In this document: positions 1-14,366 of the stretch, in pieces
Layout of the letters: the number at the start of each line of letters is the position of its first letter
Numbering within the stretch: the stretch's first letter is position 1
Assembly: GCA_964016885.1 (NCBI GenBank)
Contig: OZ024741.1
Coordinates: 126,728,001-126,792,000 of the forward strand
DNA length: 64,000 bases
Direction: 5' to 3'
Source: Eledone cirrhosa
Lineage: Eukaryota
Translations under genes and position numbers: made by a program
The notes under the pieces: model-generated
Told to the model about the DNA's origin: nothing
The model's database searches: none
The model's input: the letters and a program-made list of their open reading frames with translations, nothing else

Positions 1-650
1 TGACTCCTCTCTCTGCACCCTCTCCTTTTCATGGGAGTGTTTGAGTTCATTTTCAATATGAAACAGTGCCTGCTTAAAATGGAACTCCTTACTTGTATAT
101 GTAGCCGGTTTGAGATCCTCGTTCTCCTCATAATTCTCTGTCTCTAGGAATAATATTCTTGTCTCTGTTTGCCTCTGTATTATTTCCATGAATTGCTCAA
201 GTTGTGTGTTGGCATCTTTCATAGAGAGACTCGGTCTAATTTTGCTTCAGGAACTCTTCCTGAATCCTTTTCCAGTTAGCTTTGTCGAAGTTTAAGCTGA
301 ATAGAAACTGAGTGCTTCCTGTCGGCTGCATATCTACAGTCTTCCTCAGACTATACATTCCTAGTACTACTATGTTATAGTCCGAGAAAATCTTTGGTGT
401 TACTTTCACATTGTGGATGAATTCAGCGCTATTCATGAAGCAGAGATCCAAGGTATTCTCATTTCTTTTTGGATGAAGTACCATTTGTTCCATGAAGAAT
501 CTGTTTGTAAGCTCAACCAAGGATTTTGTCTGCTTTGTTCAGGTGCCATCATTCCTGAGAGGGACTGGACTTTTGACCTTGGGGAGGTTGAAATCTCCCA
601 GCAGTAGGATATTGAGACACTGATCCAAATTGGTCAGCACTTCTTCCAAA
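1..650 (-). pseudogene. Decayed LINE ORF2 fragment, apurinic-type endonuclease region (CR1/L2/Jockey-like)
   Basis: Minus-strand peptides LLLGDFNLP (GDFN motif), QMVLHPKRNENTLDLCF, FSDYNIV (SDH-like) and LNFDKANW, broken by frameshifts and stops; abuts a (TG)/(TA) microsatellite near 650. Confidence 0.8.
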
Positions 651-2401
651 AATATATGTGTGTGTGTGTGTGTATGTGTATATGCATATATATATATATG
701 TGTGTGTATGTGTGTGTACGCATATATATATATGGGGGCGGGCGTGCGCGTGTGTGTGTTTATGACTGCCCCCCTCCACCTCCGCACTGTTTCTGCCTGC
801 CAAATTCCATTGGCCAATCCGAGACAATGGTAAAAGTAATCTGTCCAAGATGCTGTGCATTTGCATTGAATCCAAAGCCATTTAGTTGCAACGAGAACTT
901 AACATATTATCTATGGTTGTGACAATCCTGATGTATTATATATTTTCTCACTTTGTGGAACGGAGCTGACACAAACAAGAGGGCACACAAGTATACTTTT
1001 TAGAATATGTATTTTATAGATTTAATAACTTCTTACTCTTGTGCAATTTTATTGTTTACCTTTCCTAGGTTCAATAAAATAAAGTCAAATACTGAGGTTT
1101 GATAAAATAAAATACGACTCAATTGCTGTGTAGTTGGTTCGATAGTATACATTACCAATCAGGTACTGGGATCAATAGAATAAAGTACCAGCCAAATACT
1201 GGTAGCGATAAAATAAAGTACCAGTCAAGTACGTGGATGCTTTTAATGGGCTGTTCCCTCCTCTCAAGTCCCCTGGTCCTGTGTTTATGTTAGAAACTAC
1301 TAGCAGATCAGTGTAGAGTATTTTCTTCAGAAAACAAATTACCACTACTTTCTTCACACTTCAAGTTTTATTACAATATTTAACTTCGTTGGTATGAGTC
1401 AAAATAGGAATAACAATCGATAAAATATGCAACATTGATAGAATGAAATGAATTTAAATGTCTGATGTTCCTTTTTCTTTCTCTTTTCCTCTCTCTTTCC
1501 CTAATAATAAAAACATTTTAGTTTGATATTGATAAAACCAATGCAAATATATTTATTTAATACCTTTATCCCACTTCAAGTTTAATGTGAATATTAAGCA
1601 TCTATGATTTAGAATGAGTAATATTAATTATTTTTTTGTATTATGTGATGTTATTGTACGTTATCATTTTAAACATCATTGATCGCTTTCGTTTCTAACA
1701 GCCTTAAGAATATATTCCTATAAAACACGTTAGTTAGGAATTGACGCAGCTTGGCCGAATGATTAAAAAGTACGCTTTGTAATCAATAAGTCGCAAGTTC
1801 GATCTTGCAAGTGCCATTTACCATAGCTTCGAGCCAACATATGACTTTTGAGTGAAACTGGGTTGACGGAAACTGTTTGGAAGCCCGTTGAGTGGACTGT
1901 ACCTGTAATTCGAAGGACCAGTCTTATTAACAGTATACGTACCTATAGAATGCTCAAGCACTCACACGTTCATTTCATTAGCAGGTTGTTCTATTGATGG
2001 AACAACTAAAACACTCATCGTCGAACCCGATGGAGGTCCATTCCACTTCCAATAGTCAGAAATGTTTGACTTCTCTAAGGATATTAAAGAATGTTTATTG
2101 CTAAACAATAAAATAAATTAAATTAAATTAAGATAGCAGTGGGAGAGTCAATGGTTGTTAAAACAAAACTGAAAGTAGCATTATTTAAAATATTTATTTC
2201 TGTGACATGGGACTTTACAGTGAAGCTGCTCTGCTGCGATTATATGCTGGGAGTTCAATTTGATTCGATAACGATCTCAAGACTATTTGAAATATAAACC
2301 AGTGGGACAAACATTCCAATAACACTCACAACTGGAGCAATAATTTGTAGTGGTAAGCTGGATAATATTTATTAAACATTATTATTAGTCGCAGGAGGAT
2401 T

Positions 2402-2596
2402 GGCGGGGGATTGGCAGTATCGGTAGAGAGTCGGACGTCATGCCTTGCAGCACAGTTACGTCCCTTTACGGACTGAGTTCAAATCCCGCCGAGGTTAACT
2501 TTGCCTTTCATCCTTAGGGGGTCGATAAAATAAAGTACCAGTAATATACTGAGATAATTGCTGGCCTTGTGCCAAAAGTAGAAACAATTATTATTA
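2402..2596 (+). mobile_element. tRNA-derived SINE, family A (central domain resembling the MetaSINE domain)
   Basis: A-box TGGCAGTATCGGTAG, B-box GAGTTCAAATCCC, core GTTAACTTTGCCTTTCATCC..GGGGTCGATAAAATAAAGTACCAG, tail GAAACAATTATT; more than 10 copies in the window. Confidence 0.85.
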
Positions 2597-2599
2597 GTC

Positions 2600-2793
2600 G
2601 CAGCGCGGTAGATTATCAGTAGAGGGTCTGACGCCATGCTTTGCAGCACAGAGTTACGGCCCTTCATGGTCTGAGTTCAAATCCCGCCGAGGTTAACTTT
2701 GCTTTTCATCCTTACGGGGTCGATAAAATAAAGCACCAGTAATACACTGGGATAATTGATGGCCATGTGCCAAATGTAGAAAACAATATTATT
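2600..2793 (+). mobile_element. SINE family A, second copy in tandem
   Basis: Near-identical to 2402-2596 and directly downstream. Confidence 0.85.
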
Positions 2794-2956
2794 AGTCGCA
2801 GGGATGGCTCTATGATTAAGAAGTTCGCTTTTCAACCCCGAGGTTTCAGGTTCACTTATGCTACATGGCATAACACCCGAGGCAAATATCTGCTATCAAT
2901 CAGTGAGCATATGTAAGTATACATTTATATTATATATATATATAATGTGTGTGTAT

Positions 2957-3260
2957 GGACCCTGGTCTGGCAAGAAGGATAAGTGGAAACCCATCAGCAC
3001 AAAACCAGGAGCTGTCAAAGGGTGGCTGAACTCTAGAGAGTCAACGGCCATCCACTCCAACTAAGGGTTAATTAACCTCACCAACCTGCAATTGGCCATG
3101 TGTGGTGAGCATGGCTACACCCCCTGGGGAGACTTAATTCCATGACAATAACACATGCACTCCTCATAACTATACTGTTATCTTGCCTTGGCTTTTCCCT
3201 GGATCCATAGCAGCGGAGATGGAGTGGGTGCAATGTATGTAGCAGAGGCACGTAGCATTG
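2957..3260 (+). mobile_element. Probable RTE-type LINE 5' UTR fragment
   Basis: Shares CTGTCAAAGGG...CTCT..AGAGTCAA.GGCCATCCA with the 5' part of the RTE-derived elements at 52128-53990. Confidence 0.45.
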
Positions 3261-3753
3261 TCACAGTGGTGGAAGAGTGGCAACGTAACGGTTAGAAGCA
3301 CATAGTCACAAATCTACACGTGGGTGGTTCGAGTCTTATCCTAACGTAGTTGTACTGTTAACCTCAATAACAACATGCTTCGGTGGGGGCTTGAGCGTTT
3401 GATCAGCCTTTTTTCAGGAGGCACTGCTCATTGATTCCACATTTGAAGGGTTTAGAAAAGGTGACCTAAACAAAGCCTGTTTAATCATCAAACAGGCTAG
3501 CAGCTTGCTGTTCGTGGCGGTTTATAATTGTTTCTACATTTGGCACAAGGCCAGCAATTACCCAGTACATTACTGGTACTTTATTTTATCGACCCCGTAA
3601 GGATGAAAAGCAAAGTTAACCTCCGCGGGATTTGAACTCAGACCATGGCAGGGAATTCGTTGAAGTGATGGCCGTCTTCTGTAAAGAAATTACAGTTATC
3701 ATCATGTATGCATATGTATATATGTATATATATATATATCTATATATGTATGC

Positions 3754-3800
<47 letters not shown>

Positions 3801-3972
3801 ATTAGTACATCTACCAACATATGTGTACAGATGTACACTCATGCTAGCAAATATATAAGTTATGTCTTAGTACCTATGTGGTTCTATGCAGGTGAATGCA
3901 GAACAATTATATGAAAGACGTAAAATAAGAAAATTTTAAAAATTAAAAATCAACTTACTTACTAAAATTTTC

Positions 3973-4058
3973 ACTCCAACTAATTAGTTTCTGTAATGGG
4001 ATAAATATAGTTACATAATATATATAACTATAGAGAATTCATTACGTCATCAGGGAGT
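3973..4058 (-). ncRNA. Type-I hammerhead ribozyme, inverted copy
   Basis: Reverse-complement copy of 4251-4336 with the core intact. Confidence 0.85.
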
Positions 4059-4250
4059 CTATTCTCAGCTAAGTTCCCAGGCAATGCGCGGACACTAGGA
4101 ACCCATATCAAAATAATAATTCAGTAGATGGAATGAAGCTAGCGAGGACTAGATTCCGGAGCTCTGAAAAAATTTCACTGCCTCTGGTCAGTTTTTTATT
4201 ATACGGGTTCCTAGTGTCCACGCATTGCCTGGGATCTTAGCTGAGAATAG

Positions 4251-4336
4251 ACTCCCTGATGACGTAATGAATTCTCTATAATTATATATATTATGTAACT
4301 ATATTTATCCCATTACAGAAACTAATTAGTTGGAGT
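4251..4336 (+). ncRNA. Type-I hammerhead ribozyme, intact core
   Basis: ACTCC-CTGATGA-c-GTAATG...CATTAC-a-GAAA-CTAATTAG-TT-GGAGT; palindromic stem III; GUU cleavage triplet. Confidence 0.85.
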
Positions 4337-4392
4337 GAAAATTTTAGTAAGTAAGTTGATTTTTAATTTTTAAAATTTTCTTATTTTACGTC

Positions 4393-4467
<75 letters not shown>

Positions 4468-4490
4468 GTTGGTGGGGGCCGTATTGAATG

Positions 4491-4800
4491 TACATGGTGT
4501 CCAAAAATTATTTGTACAGCTTCTATTATCAATAGTCAATCAGAAGATGTAAAAATTGCTGTATTTTGTATATGATCTTTTTATTGTTTTATTTTTATTC
4601 CATTTTTCTACCAGGTTTTTTATCTGCTGCAACAGATTGTTTCAAATTTACGTTTTATCGATTTCATGTATTCATATGCGCCGCATCCCCCAGGAAATAA
4701 ATCCACTAGAAAAAGCACAGTATATTGAATGGCTTGTAGAAAGAACATCAGACACTCAAGTCCAACGGAGGTTTAAAAGTAATCACACCAGAATATCTGC
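4491..4800 (+). mobile_element. Tc1/mariner-like remnant
   Basis: TACATGGTGTCC terminal-like motif; peptide IPQEINPLE resembles SPDLNPIE. Confidence 0.35.
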
Positions 4801-4929
4801 ACCAAGTACAACAAGAGCTAGGAAACGATGGAGTGTACATGGCAGCATTTGGAGTATTTTATGAATCACCCTAGGATGGATGGACGGGAGCATATAAAAT
4901 GTTTGTAATATTGTTATTTTAATATAAGG

Positions 4930-5120
4930 CCAGCTTAGTGGGTAGGCATGGAATTCGCAACCATGAGGTTGCGAGTTCGATTCCAGGACAACGCGATGCG
5001 TTTGTTCTTGGGCAAGACACTTTATTTCACGTTGCTCTTTCTGCCAAGATTTGCGAACAGTAGATAATATCAATAATGGAAATACCAATGGAAACATTGT
5101 TTCCTTGGTCCGATTTGACG
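4930..5120 (+). mobile_element. tRNA(Arg)-like-head SINE, family B
   Basis: TTCGCA anticodon-like loop, B-box GAGTTCGATTCC, core CTTGGGCAAGACACTTTATTTCACGTTGCTC, tail GGAAACATTGTTTCC..GGTCCGATTTGACG. Confidence 0.75.
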
Positions 5121-5177
5121 AGTTACATACCGCTCGGCAAGTGAATAATGAGGTGTGGGATCTTCTTGATTGTCAAA

Positions 5178-5248
<71 letters not shown>

Positions 5249-5280
5249 AAGTTATATTTAAAATTGTTGGGTTACAACTA

Positions 5281-5316
<36 letters not shown>

Positions 5317-5351
5317 GTATGTGTGTGTGTGTGTACACACACACACACATA

Positions 5352-5808
5352 TGCGCCAGCTTCAGTAATCAGAAGAAGGGAAATAGGCCAAACTCGCTAT
5401 CTTCAATTAGGTTTTCGTGCCAACTCTTAACTATGGGTAATGACTGAAAGAATACGAACGCGAATACAAGAGGCCGTAATATTATTCCTCCGAAGGGCTT
5501 TTGGAGTAATGTTACTCGATGGAGTGCGTAACTCGCAGATCAGATTCACTCCAGGTAGAGACGCTACTTCTCCAAATTGGGAGACCACAGCTCCGATACT
5601 ATGGGCATCTGGTTAGAATGTCTCAGGAAAGAATTGCTGGACAGGTAGACCCCGAGCAAGATGGTTGGATAACACCTATGAGTATGGCTGGTCATGCTTG
5701 GAGATCCAGCCGGATAAGTTGGAGACGGTTGCTTCTGACAGGGCCCGCTGGAAGGAGTTTTTGAGGACTTGTCCCCCACGACCCTCTCAGGAAAAAGTGG
5801 GCGAAGTG
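5352..5808 (+). pseudogene. RTE-clade (Rex3/Expander-like) LINE 3' end
   Basis: Frameshifted peptides VFVPTLNYG, VMTERIRTRIQ, QLRYYGHLVRM, GRPRARWLD, DRARW; ends in (TA)n. Confidence 0.8.
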
Positions 5809-6262
5809 ATATATATATATATATAAATTATATACAGTATATATATTTTTTTTCCACGGTTACTCATTTGCATGTTTCTTTCTCCTATATTTTCTCCTAT
5901 TTTCTCCCTTTACTCCCTTCTCTCTTTCTTCCTACCTCCTCACCATTCCCCACCCCCCTCTGTTCTTCTTCCTCCTTTCCCTCTTTTTCCTTCTTTTTCT
6001 CTCCTTTTTTTCTCTCTTTCTTCTCTCCCTTCTCTCTCCCTTTCCTCCTGGCCTTTTGATTAATAAAAGGTCTTGGGCGCTTCCGATCGCTACAGATGTC
6101 CTGTAATTCACCGCCGAAACATCTGATCGTGGTTATTTACAACTGACGAAGGTGACGAAGAATTCTTACTCCTTTCTTCTTTTCTCCTCTTGTTCCGTCC
6201 TAACCACCATCATAAACCTTGTTTTAGTAACCACACAGCTCCTTTCGTTTCGTATCATTTTG

Positions 6263-6332
<70 letters not shown>

Positions 6333-6341
<9 letters not shown>

Positions 6342-6620
6342 GAAATTGGAAATAGCACGGAAAATATATTTTAGGGTCTGTTTTTCTTTTTTTTCCTTTC
6401 TTTGATTCTTCAAAGTGACATTATTGAAGAGATGACATTATTGAAACCGGTAATACTTTATATACATTATAAAACTTTTTTAAAAGAATTGTCCCTCTCA
6501 TTTTTTCAATAATGTCATCTCTTCAATAATGTCACTTTGACGAATCAAAGAAAGGGGGAAAAAGGAAAAACAGACCCTAAAATATATTTTCCGTGCTATT
6601 TCCAACTTCACCTTTTCTCT
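6333..6620. repeat. Inverted repeat (about 115-bp arms) with a decayed HHR-like motif
   Basis: 6333-6446 is approximately the reverse complement of 6504-6620; TTGAAGA...GAAA-CCGG-TA at about 6424-6452; flanked by (GA)n and (TA)n. Confidence 0.7.
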
Positions 6621-6657
6621 ATATCCACTGTTTTGTATAGAACCTTACTTCCCTTTT

Positions 6658-6748
<91 letters not shown>

Positions 6749-6773
6749 TCTTCTTTGGCCGAGTTTACACACG

Positions 6774-6828
<55 letters not shown>

Positions 6829-6925
6829 TGAAATAAGGACGATTGGTTACTCCTTCATTACACTCTGTCTAGCTCTACACCTCGACGCCGAAGTGAACCT
6901 ACAGTAACCCCAAGTTACACGCCCT

Positions 6926-6973
<48 letters not shown>

Positions 6974-7113
6974 ATATAAGAAACTTTGTAAGATTACAAA
7001 AGATCCTGTTTAATGATCTTACATACCCTACCATAAATGTTGTTAAGGGAAGAAGTTGTACAGAAAATGTCCATCCCCTTGCTTATATATATATATATAT
7101 ACGCAGGATGATG

Positions 7114-7208
<95 letters not shown>

Positions 7209-8989
7209 GATATAAGGAGTCTATCTCTAAGTATTATATTTTTCAATGCTTTTCCCCTATGAAGAACGGGGCAGCCTATCCCGTTATCTATTCTAATACT
7301 GCAATCCTTGTGTGTGTGTGCGTGTGGATGTATTTATGTGTGCGTATATATGTATGTATGCATGTGTATTTATGTATATGTGTGTGTGTGTATACATGCA
7401 ATATGTATGTATATATAAAGTGATGCCGTGACAAGCAAATAGTAGAATCGCATACTTAACTACACTTAAGCACAAGCTCTTAAGTACCAATGTATATCAA
7501 TGAAATGACAGCTCCTACAGTTTGATATAGCGTGTGTGGACATTTGCAATAATTTCCTCTAACAAATAGGAACCACCGCAAATTAACGCCAACGACGTGT
7601 CCTGTATGTGGTCACTTGATATGCTAGAAATAACAGCCAAATCTCAACCACATCTGAAAAATGTGAAGGGAACAATGGGCAACTTCCACCGGTGGAACGG
7701 CTGTGACTAGGACTCTTTTCAGAGCCTCCAAGACTGGTAGCAGTGACGAAAGAATCTATGCCTAATACAGGGACCATGAAATATTGTGGTGTTGTTAAAC
7801 AGGGCGATGGATGACGTCTAGCATCCAAGATAGCATAACGTCGGACTTCTGTTGGTTTGGGCGGCCAGTGTTACAGTTAATTCAATTAATAGCACATCGT
7901 GCACGCGCAATTAACGTGCAAGTGACTGAGCATTCCACAGTCACGTGTGCCCTTAACGCAATTCTCGTAGAGATTTAGCTAGACACATTGTGTGACACGG
8001 CTGGCACTTTGAATTCAGCTACAAGTCTTTTTTTTCAGTTGAGTGATGTGGGGTAATGTGAAATAAACTGTCTTGCTTAAAGATACAATGCACCTCCTTG
8101 TCCGGTCTGGTCAGGGAATCTAACTCATGACCTTAGGTCCATTCCACTGAATTTAAATATGAATAGATTTCTGCAATGTATCCCAATACCAAAGTATTCT
8201 TCTGTATTAGAGATAGATGATAGAAATAGCTGCATATTGCGTGATCAGCGAGCAATCACGAAATTCACAGTAGCAACGTGTGTAATCTCCGTAATGAGAA
8301 ATAATTATACACACCTTTGATATACTGCACTATTTCCTAATGTTTATAAATCCAAGCTTACGTAATACTCGGAAACAAATATACACGCATAGTGAAACAC
8401 AAACCCAATTGCAAGCGTGCTTATATGTATAAAATATGAAGGACATTAATATATATTTGAGTATTTTATCCGAATATGTCGCACTATATTATAAATTATG
8501 TGTTGCTTGTTGGAATTTGCATTTGATTCTTGAAATCACCGTAGGGGACGGATGACAACGCTATATTTCCTATAACCCCTAATATTATTTATGATTAGAG
8601 TATTGCAGTTATTTAGTGAACAGAATATGTGTAAAAGATTTTTCGTTGTTATTCACGTGGTTACTTATCACTCTCGAAGAGTTTCCTTCAGATTTTCATA
8701 CGTTTATGGTTTGGAATTTTCGTTGGCTAATATATTGTAACTGATACAATCATATAGAACCACTAAAGCAAATAGCAGCTCATGCATTGTCTGCGTGTGT
8801 ATGTCTGTCCACGTGTTTCTTTTATATAGCTTATTATACAAGAAGAGCAATTACGCGCACCTTTGATGTTGGAATATAAAATAAAGATCGCTCAATTAAG
8901 AAATATAAAAATACGAGAAGCATCACTCTGTTTCAATTATTGAATCAGTAAGCACTATGCCATTGTATAGACAAAATATTCATAATGCC

Positions 8990-9325
8990 CTGTCTTGTTA
9001 TTATTTTCAATGTGAAAATATAGAGGTAGAGACACCCTTCGGTCACGAATGACCGTGGGCTTGGCACTTTGAAAGTTCCCCCTCCGTGACACAAGCCTGG
9101 GCAAGGTATTTTGTGAAAGACAAGCCGTCGACCATGCACAATAGTCTCCCCTCTCTACGCCATCTATGTTGTCAAGGGAAATCAAAGGCTGATGCAACTT
9201 GGCACCAGTGACGTAGCAACTCATTTCTAAAGCTGAGTGAACTGGAGTAACGTGAAATAAAGTTTCCTATTTAAGTAAAGTCCGGGAATCGAACTCACAA
9301 CCTGATGATTATAAGCCCACCGTCT
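8990..9325 (-). mobile_element. SINE family B-related copy with a different tail
   Basis: Reverse complement of GTGAGTTCGATTCCC and TTTATTTCACGTTACTCCAGTTCACTCAGC. Confidence 0.65.
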
Positions 9326-9475
9326 TCACCTTCAATTTTATAATACATTAGACTTAGACCATTCGTGACCCTTTGGGTCATGTTCACTTAAAAATAATTT
9401 TTAAATAATTAAAATATACACAGACATGTATATAATGTGAAATGAAACTGAAAGGCCCATATATATATGCGTGTG

Positions 9476-9516
<41 letters not shown>

Positions 9517-9628
9517 GTGTGTGTGTGTATACATATATATATGTGTGTATATATGTGGGTGTCTGTGATCTATATATACTGGTCATAGACACACACCCAC
9601 TCACATACATATATACACACACACACAC

Positions 9629-9697
<69 letters not shown>

Positions 9698-12600
9698 CAA
9701 CACCACCAACTCTCTACCATTCTCCTTCTCTATCTCCTACCCCTCTCTCTATGTCTCTCTTTCAATCTACTTTGTCAAAACCAGTATCTCTTCCTCTCTA
9801 TCTCTCTCTGTTTATGAAGGTAACTGGAAAACCCCCGTATCTCGGGAAACCGTGCTCCGATTTACGCGAAATTTATTTTATTCCATGTGTATTCCCCTTT
9901 CAGGGGGAACTTCCTTTCAAAGTATTTTCCCATTATGTGCCGTTTTGGCTGTGTTAAATTCCAGACAAGACACAATCACAGAGATTTAGTAGTATATAGA
10001 TATAGTTGATTTTGTTTTATTCGATGTTGTAATATCTGTCAAGTTTGTCGTCGGTTTGATGGCGAGAAGAGCGATATAATTGAAAATCTGGAGGCAATGT
10101 GTGTACCCTTAGCATAGCATGTCTGAAGACTACAGGAAGATGAATTCAGCACTGTCAATTATATAGTTCTCCAGCTGTTGAGCCTGATAGGGCGTCATTT
10201 CTATCTCCAGTATCTATTTGAATTGGATACAGTATGACGGAGTGGTTAAGGAGGAGTTTGCTTCGCATCATTAGTTCCTCAGAGAGGATTAGTTTTAAAG
10301 CGTTTGGATAGACGCCTATGCCAAATCCTCGCTAACACGACAGTTTCAAGTGTCTGCTTTCAGAGCATCCTACGGGGACGAGGGACAAGATTTATATTAA
10401 GCTAGGACATTGAGTTTTTTATACACTCCACACTAGTCCCTATGAACTAATAGGATTACATTTTGAAAGATAATATTTTTGAAATCTCTACTATTCATTA
10501 TTTAACAATCCGATAAAAATTATCAATTTTAATTCTAGTTTCAAATTTATTTTTAAATTTACAATTATCCTTTCCTGCATGATACAAAATATACTTGTGA
10601 AATAATTGCTAGGCAGGGAAAATACTGATCGTACAACTTCTAACAATAATACCCTTATTTCAATTTCAAAAAGTGATTTAATTATCATAGTTCTGGCTCA
10701 ATAAAAAGAAATAGCGACTACATTCATTCAAACTTGTGAATATTGTCGTTATTATCAGAGTATTGTGTTGTTGTCATTGTAGGATCATATGCTCATAATT
10801 ATTGCTTTATGATAGCATTTCTATAACCTCACAGTTAAATGATTTTTCTGCTAAAAATATAATTATTACGCCTGAATGTACACTAATATTTATCTCAAAT
10901 CAATGACAAAAGATTGATGAACTGTAAAAAGAACAAACAAACAACGGCCAAGAAAATATTGATTTTTCAGATAATGCACACGTCTAGAAATATTGGTTAA
11001 TTGAATAGATCCTACTCCAAAGGATAAAATGCGAAGTTAACCTTGGGGGACATGAACTGAAAACGTTAAAAGCTATAACTAAATACCACATGGCTTTTGT
11101 CCGATGTTTCTACTTTTCTGCGAATTTCATACCCTAACAGCAATTGAAATATTCTGGGTTCAAAGACCACTGTGATGGCATTGTCTTTTGTCCTTTGTAA
11201 AATTATTTGCAACTTCCTTGTCTTCTCACCCTGTAATTTTCCCCTATTGAAATCTATATTCGCGTTTCAACTATTTGACTGCAACCATGCCGAGTCACCA
11301 TCTAGAAAGTGTTTAGTTAATTACATCAACACCAATACTTAATTTCTCGAATCTGATACTAGTTTTTTTATTGATATCTTTGAAATATAAACACAGACAT
11401 ACAACTGTAGACATGGGTGGACAAACACACATACATACATAATAAATACATATACATATATACAAACGTAAACGTGAACAAGAACATATACGCCCTCACA
11501 TGCATTTATATACGTCGGACTTCTGTTGTTTCATCCACCAAGTTTCTCTCATAGGGCATTGGCCAACCCGAAGTTATAGTAACAGAATCTTGCTGTAGGT
11601 GCCATGGGACTGAACACGAAACCATGTAGTTGCAAAGGGAACTCACTTAGTACAGAGCAGTCATGTCTAAGTAGTATTTCGAATTTCACCGGCCGGTCCC
11701 GATGACGTATGTTCCGGTTGTTCGATCAGCCTGCTTGTAAAAGTAACGTACATGTGACTGAACATTAGCATTATCATAGTTCTTGGGAGATGCAGTGTAC
11801 CACAGTCTAACAGTCTATGACATGGCTGGCCCTATCAAATACAAGTATAACTAGATTTTGTTAGATCAGTAGACTAGAGCAAAAGGTAAAAAATATATAT
11901 ATATCTTGTCAAAGGACAAATCGCGACGCTGGTTATCGAACTCATCACGTTAAAATCGCGAGCCGAATACCCCTAACCATTAAGCTACGCGGTTTCACTA
12001 ACAGTCGATAAGAATAATTACGAACCGGTGATGTATTTGCTATGTGGATTTAATCGACAACACCCGTCTCCGGAATCAATGTCGTGTGCCAATTCAAAAG
12101 AAATGTCATTCCAACTCTACACCAACTAATTGTCCTATATTTCCTATAAAACTCTCATTTTCTCTAGTTATAAAATGATTGGATAAAAACTAATTATGTC
12201 TACGCATTTATATGTCATTTTTTTTTCTTTCTTTCATTCTTAAGGCGTCATGCTTAGAGAAAAGAGAAAAATATGTCTCGTTGTATGGAATAAAAAAACC
12301 ATTGTGTATTTTAAGAGCCACTGACTGTCTCTCTTCACTCTCTATAAACCTGAATATGTACTTTTAAGCAGGAGCAATCGATTGGTACCAAATATTTTTC
12401 ATTATGTTTTGAAAAAACAATTCAAGCTTCTATCGTTTCAAATATAATCAGAAATACTGGGTGACTGAATATATCTCTTAATATTTTGTTTCTTTTTATT
12501 GGATTCAATCAGTAAACTGATTGAAGAATCAATTGTAAAAGGTAAAATTCAGTAGACAAATTTATCTACACGTTTTCAGTATATGTCCTTGACCAGAATG

Positions 12601-12858
12601 AAATAGGTTATATATATATGTATTGACAGACAGCATTTCTTGGACAATTTAAACCTGGTGGAGCCCACCCCTCTCCAGAATTGAGTACAACAGATTTGTT
12701 CCATAGAAAGTGAGAGAGATAAAATGAGAAAGAGATATATAGGAAGAATCGCCAGGATTTGAACTCAGAGGGCAGAGGCGGACCGAATTCATAAATCATT
12801 CTATCCGACGTTCTAACGTCTCTGCCAATTCTCTCTCTCTCATATGTATGTATATGTG

Positions 12859-12889
<31 letters not shown>

Positions 12890-12890
<1 letters not shown>

Positions 12891-13072
12891 ATTCGCAATC
12901 GTAAGGTTGTGAGTTCGATTCCTGGACAGGGCCATGCGTTATGTCCTTCAGCAAGACACTATATTTCACGTTGCTCCTTCTACCTGGAGTTGCGACCGAT
13001 AGATAGTATTAGCAATTGGAAACACCAACGGAAACATTGTTTCCTCGGTCCGATTTGACGAAAGTCGATCGT
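12890..13072 (+). mobile_element. SINE family B
   Basis: Near-identical (reverse complement) to 38097-38307. Confidence 0.8.
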
Positions 13073-13081
13073 TCCTTTTAT

Positions 13082-13135
<54 letters not shown>

Positions 13136-13136
13136 G

Positions 13137-14366
13137 TAAAGAAAAAAGATGAAATCGAAAATGCAACTGGAGTCTTATTTTTAAAAAAATATATATGTTT
13201 ATTTGGTTCCTTTACCGGTTTCGCAGTTCTTCTGCTTTACAAAAGTAGAGTTGAGATGGAGGGTCTGTGGTTTTTCTCATATCTGGTTGGTCTCTGAATG
13301 TTACTTGTTTTATATGGAAAAAAGTGGCTCGAAATGTCAGGTTTTTAGAGAAGTAATTTGATTGGTTGGTCAATAATTATAATAAATTTCGCGCCAGTTC
13401 ACGTTACAAAGTTCTTCTAACAAGGGGTGGGGGGGCACAGGTTGTTTTTTCATATATGAGTGTTTGAATTTCTTTTTACTTAAAAAAAGGGCTCACGAAG
13501 GCTTTTTTTTTAATAAACGTAATTTGATTGGTTATAAATGAAATTATGGCTGTCACGTGAAGAAGTTTTCATTAAATTTTCGCGCCCTTATTTGGAAATC
13601 TATTCTGTAGCCTATTTAGAGAATTTTATGACAAGCAAAAGATAATGGTCAAGAGAAATGAGATGGGAGAATTGTTCTGGTTCAGTGAATATGGTTAGTT
13701 CACTGGGGTGTCAGAATTCAGATTTTCTATTGAATAAAGAAAGTAAAGATATGTATGTTTATTTGTGTGCTTGTGTGTGTGTGTGTGTGTGTGTGTTTGA
13801 ATTTCGTTTTACTTAAAAAAAGGGGCTCACGAAGGCTTTTTTAATAAACGTAATTTGATTGGTTATAAATGAAATTATGGCTGTCACGTGAACAAGTTTT
13901 CATTAAATTTTCGCACCCTTATTTGGAAATCTATTCTGTAGCCTTTTTAGCGAATTTTATGACAAGCAAAAGATAATGGTCAAGAGAAATGGGATGGGAG
14001 AATTGTTCTGGTTCAGTGAATATGGTTAGTTCGCTGGGGTGTCAGAATTCAGATTTTCTATTGAAGTAAAGAAAGTAAAGATGTGTATGTTTATTTGTGT
14101 GCTTGTGTGTGTGTACTGGAAGATGATTCTATTAGTAGAAATGGGGGAGGGAGTTGTGTGTGTGTGTATATGGGTGTTATGTGTGTGGGAGTATGTTAGG
14201 ATGGAGAGAATATATATATTTTGTGTGTGTGTAAATATGTGTGTAGGAAAGTGATTCTATTAGTAGAAATAGGGGAGGGAGTTGTGTGTGTGGGAGTGGG
14301 GTTTGGTATGTGTGTGTATGGGTGTTATGTGTGTGGGAGTATGGTTAGCATGTTAAGATGAAGGTG

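Larger units (their letters stand above)
3908..4401. mobile_element. Fold-back PLE-type element: about 201-bp inverted arms, each with a hammerhead
   Basis: 3908-4108 is the reverse complement of 4201-4401 with about 4 mismatches; 92-bp spacer; right arm runs into (TA)n. Confidence 0.85.

Noticed and set aside
6080-6170. CTGACGA...GAAGAATTC HHR-like motif
   Set aside because: GAAA is incomplete and stem I does not pair
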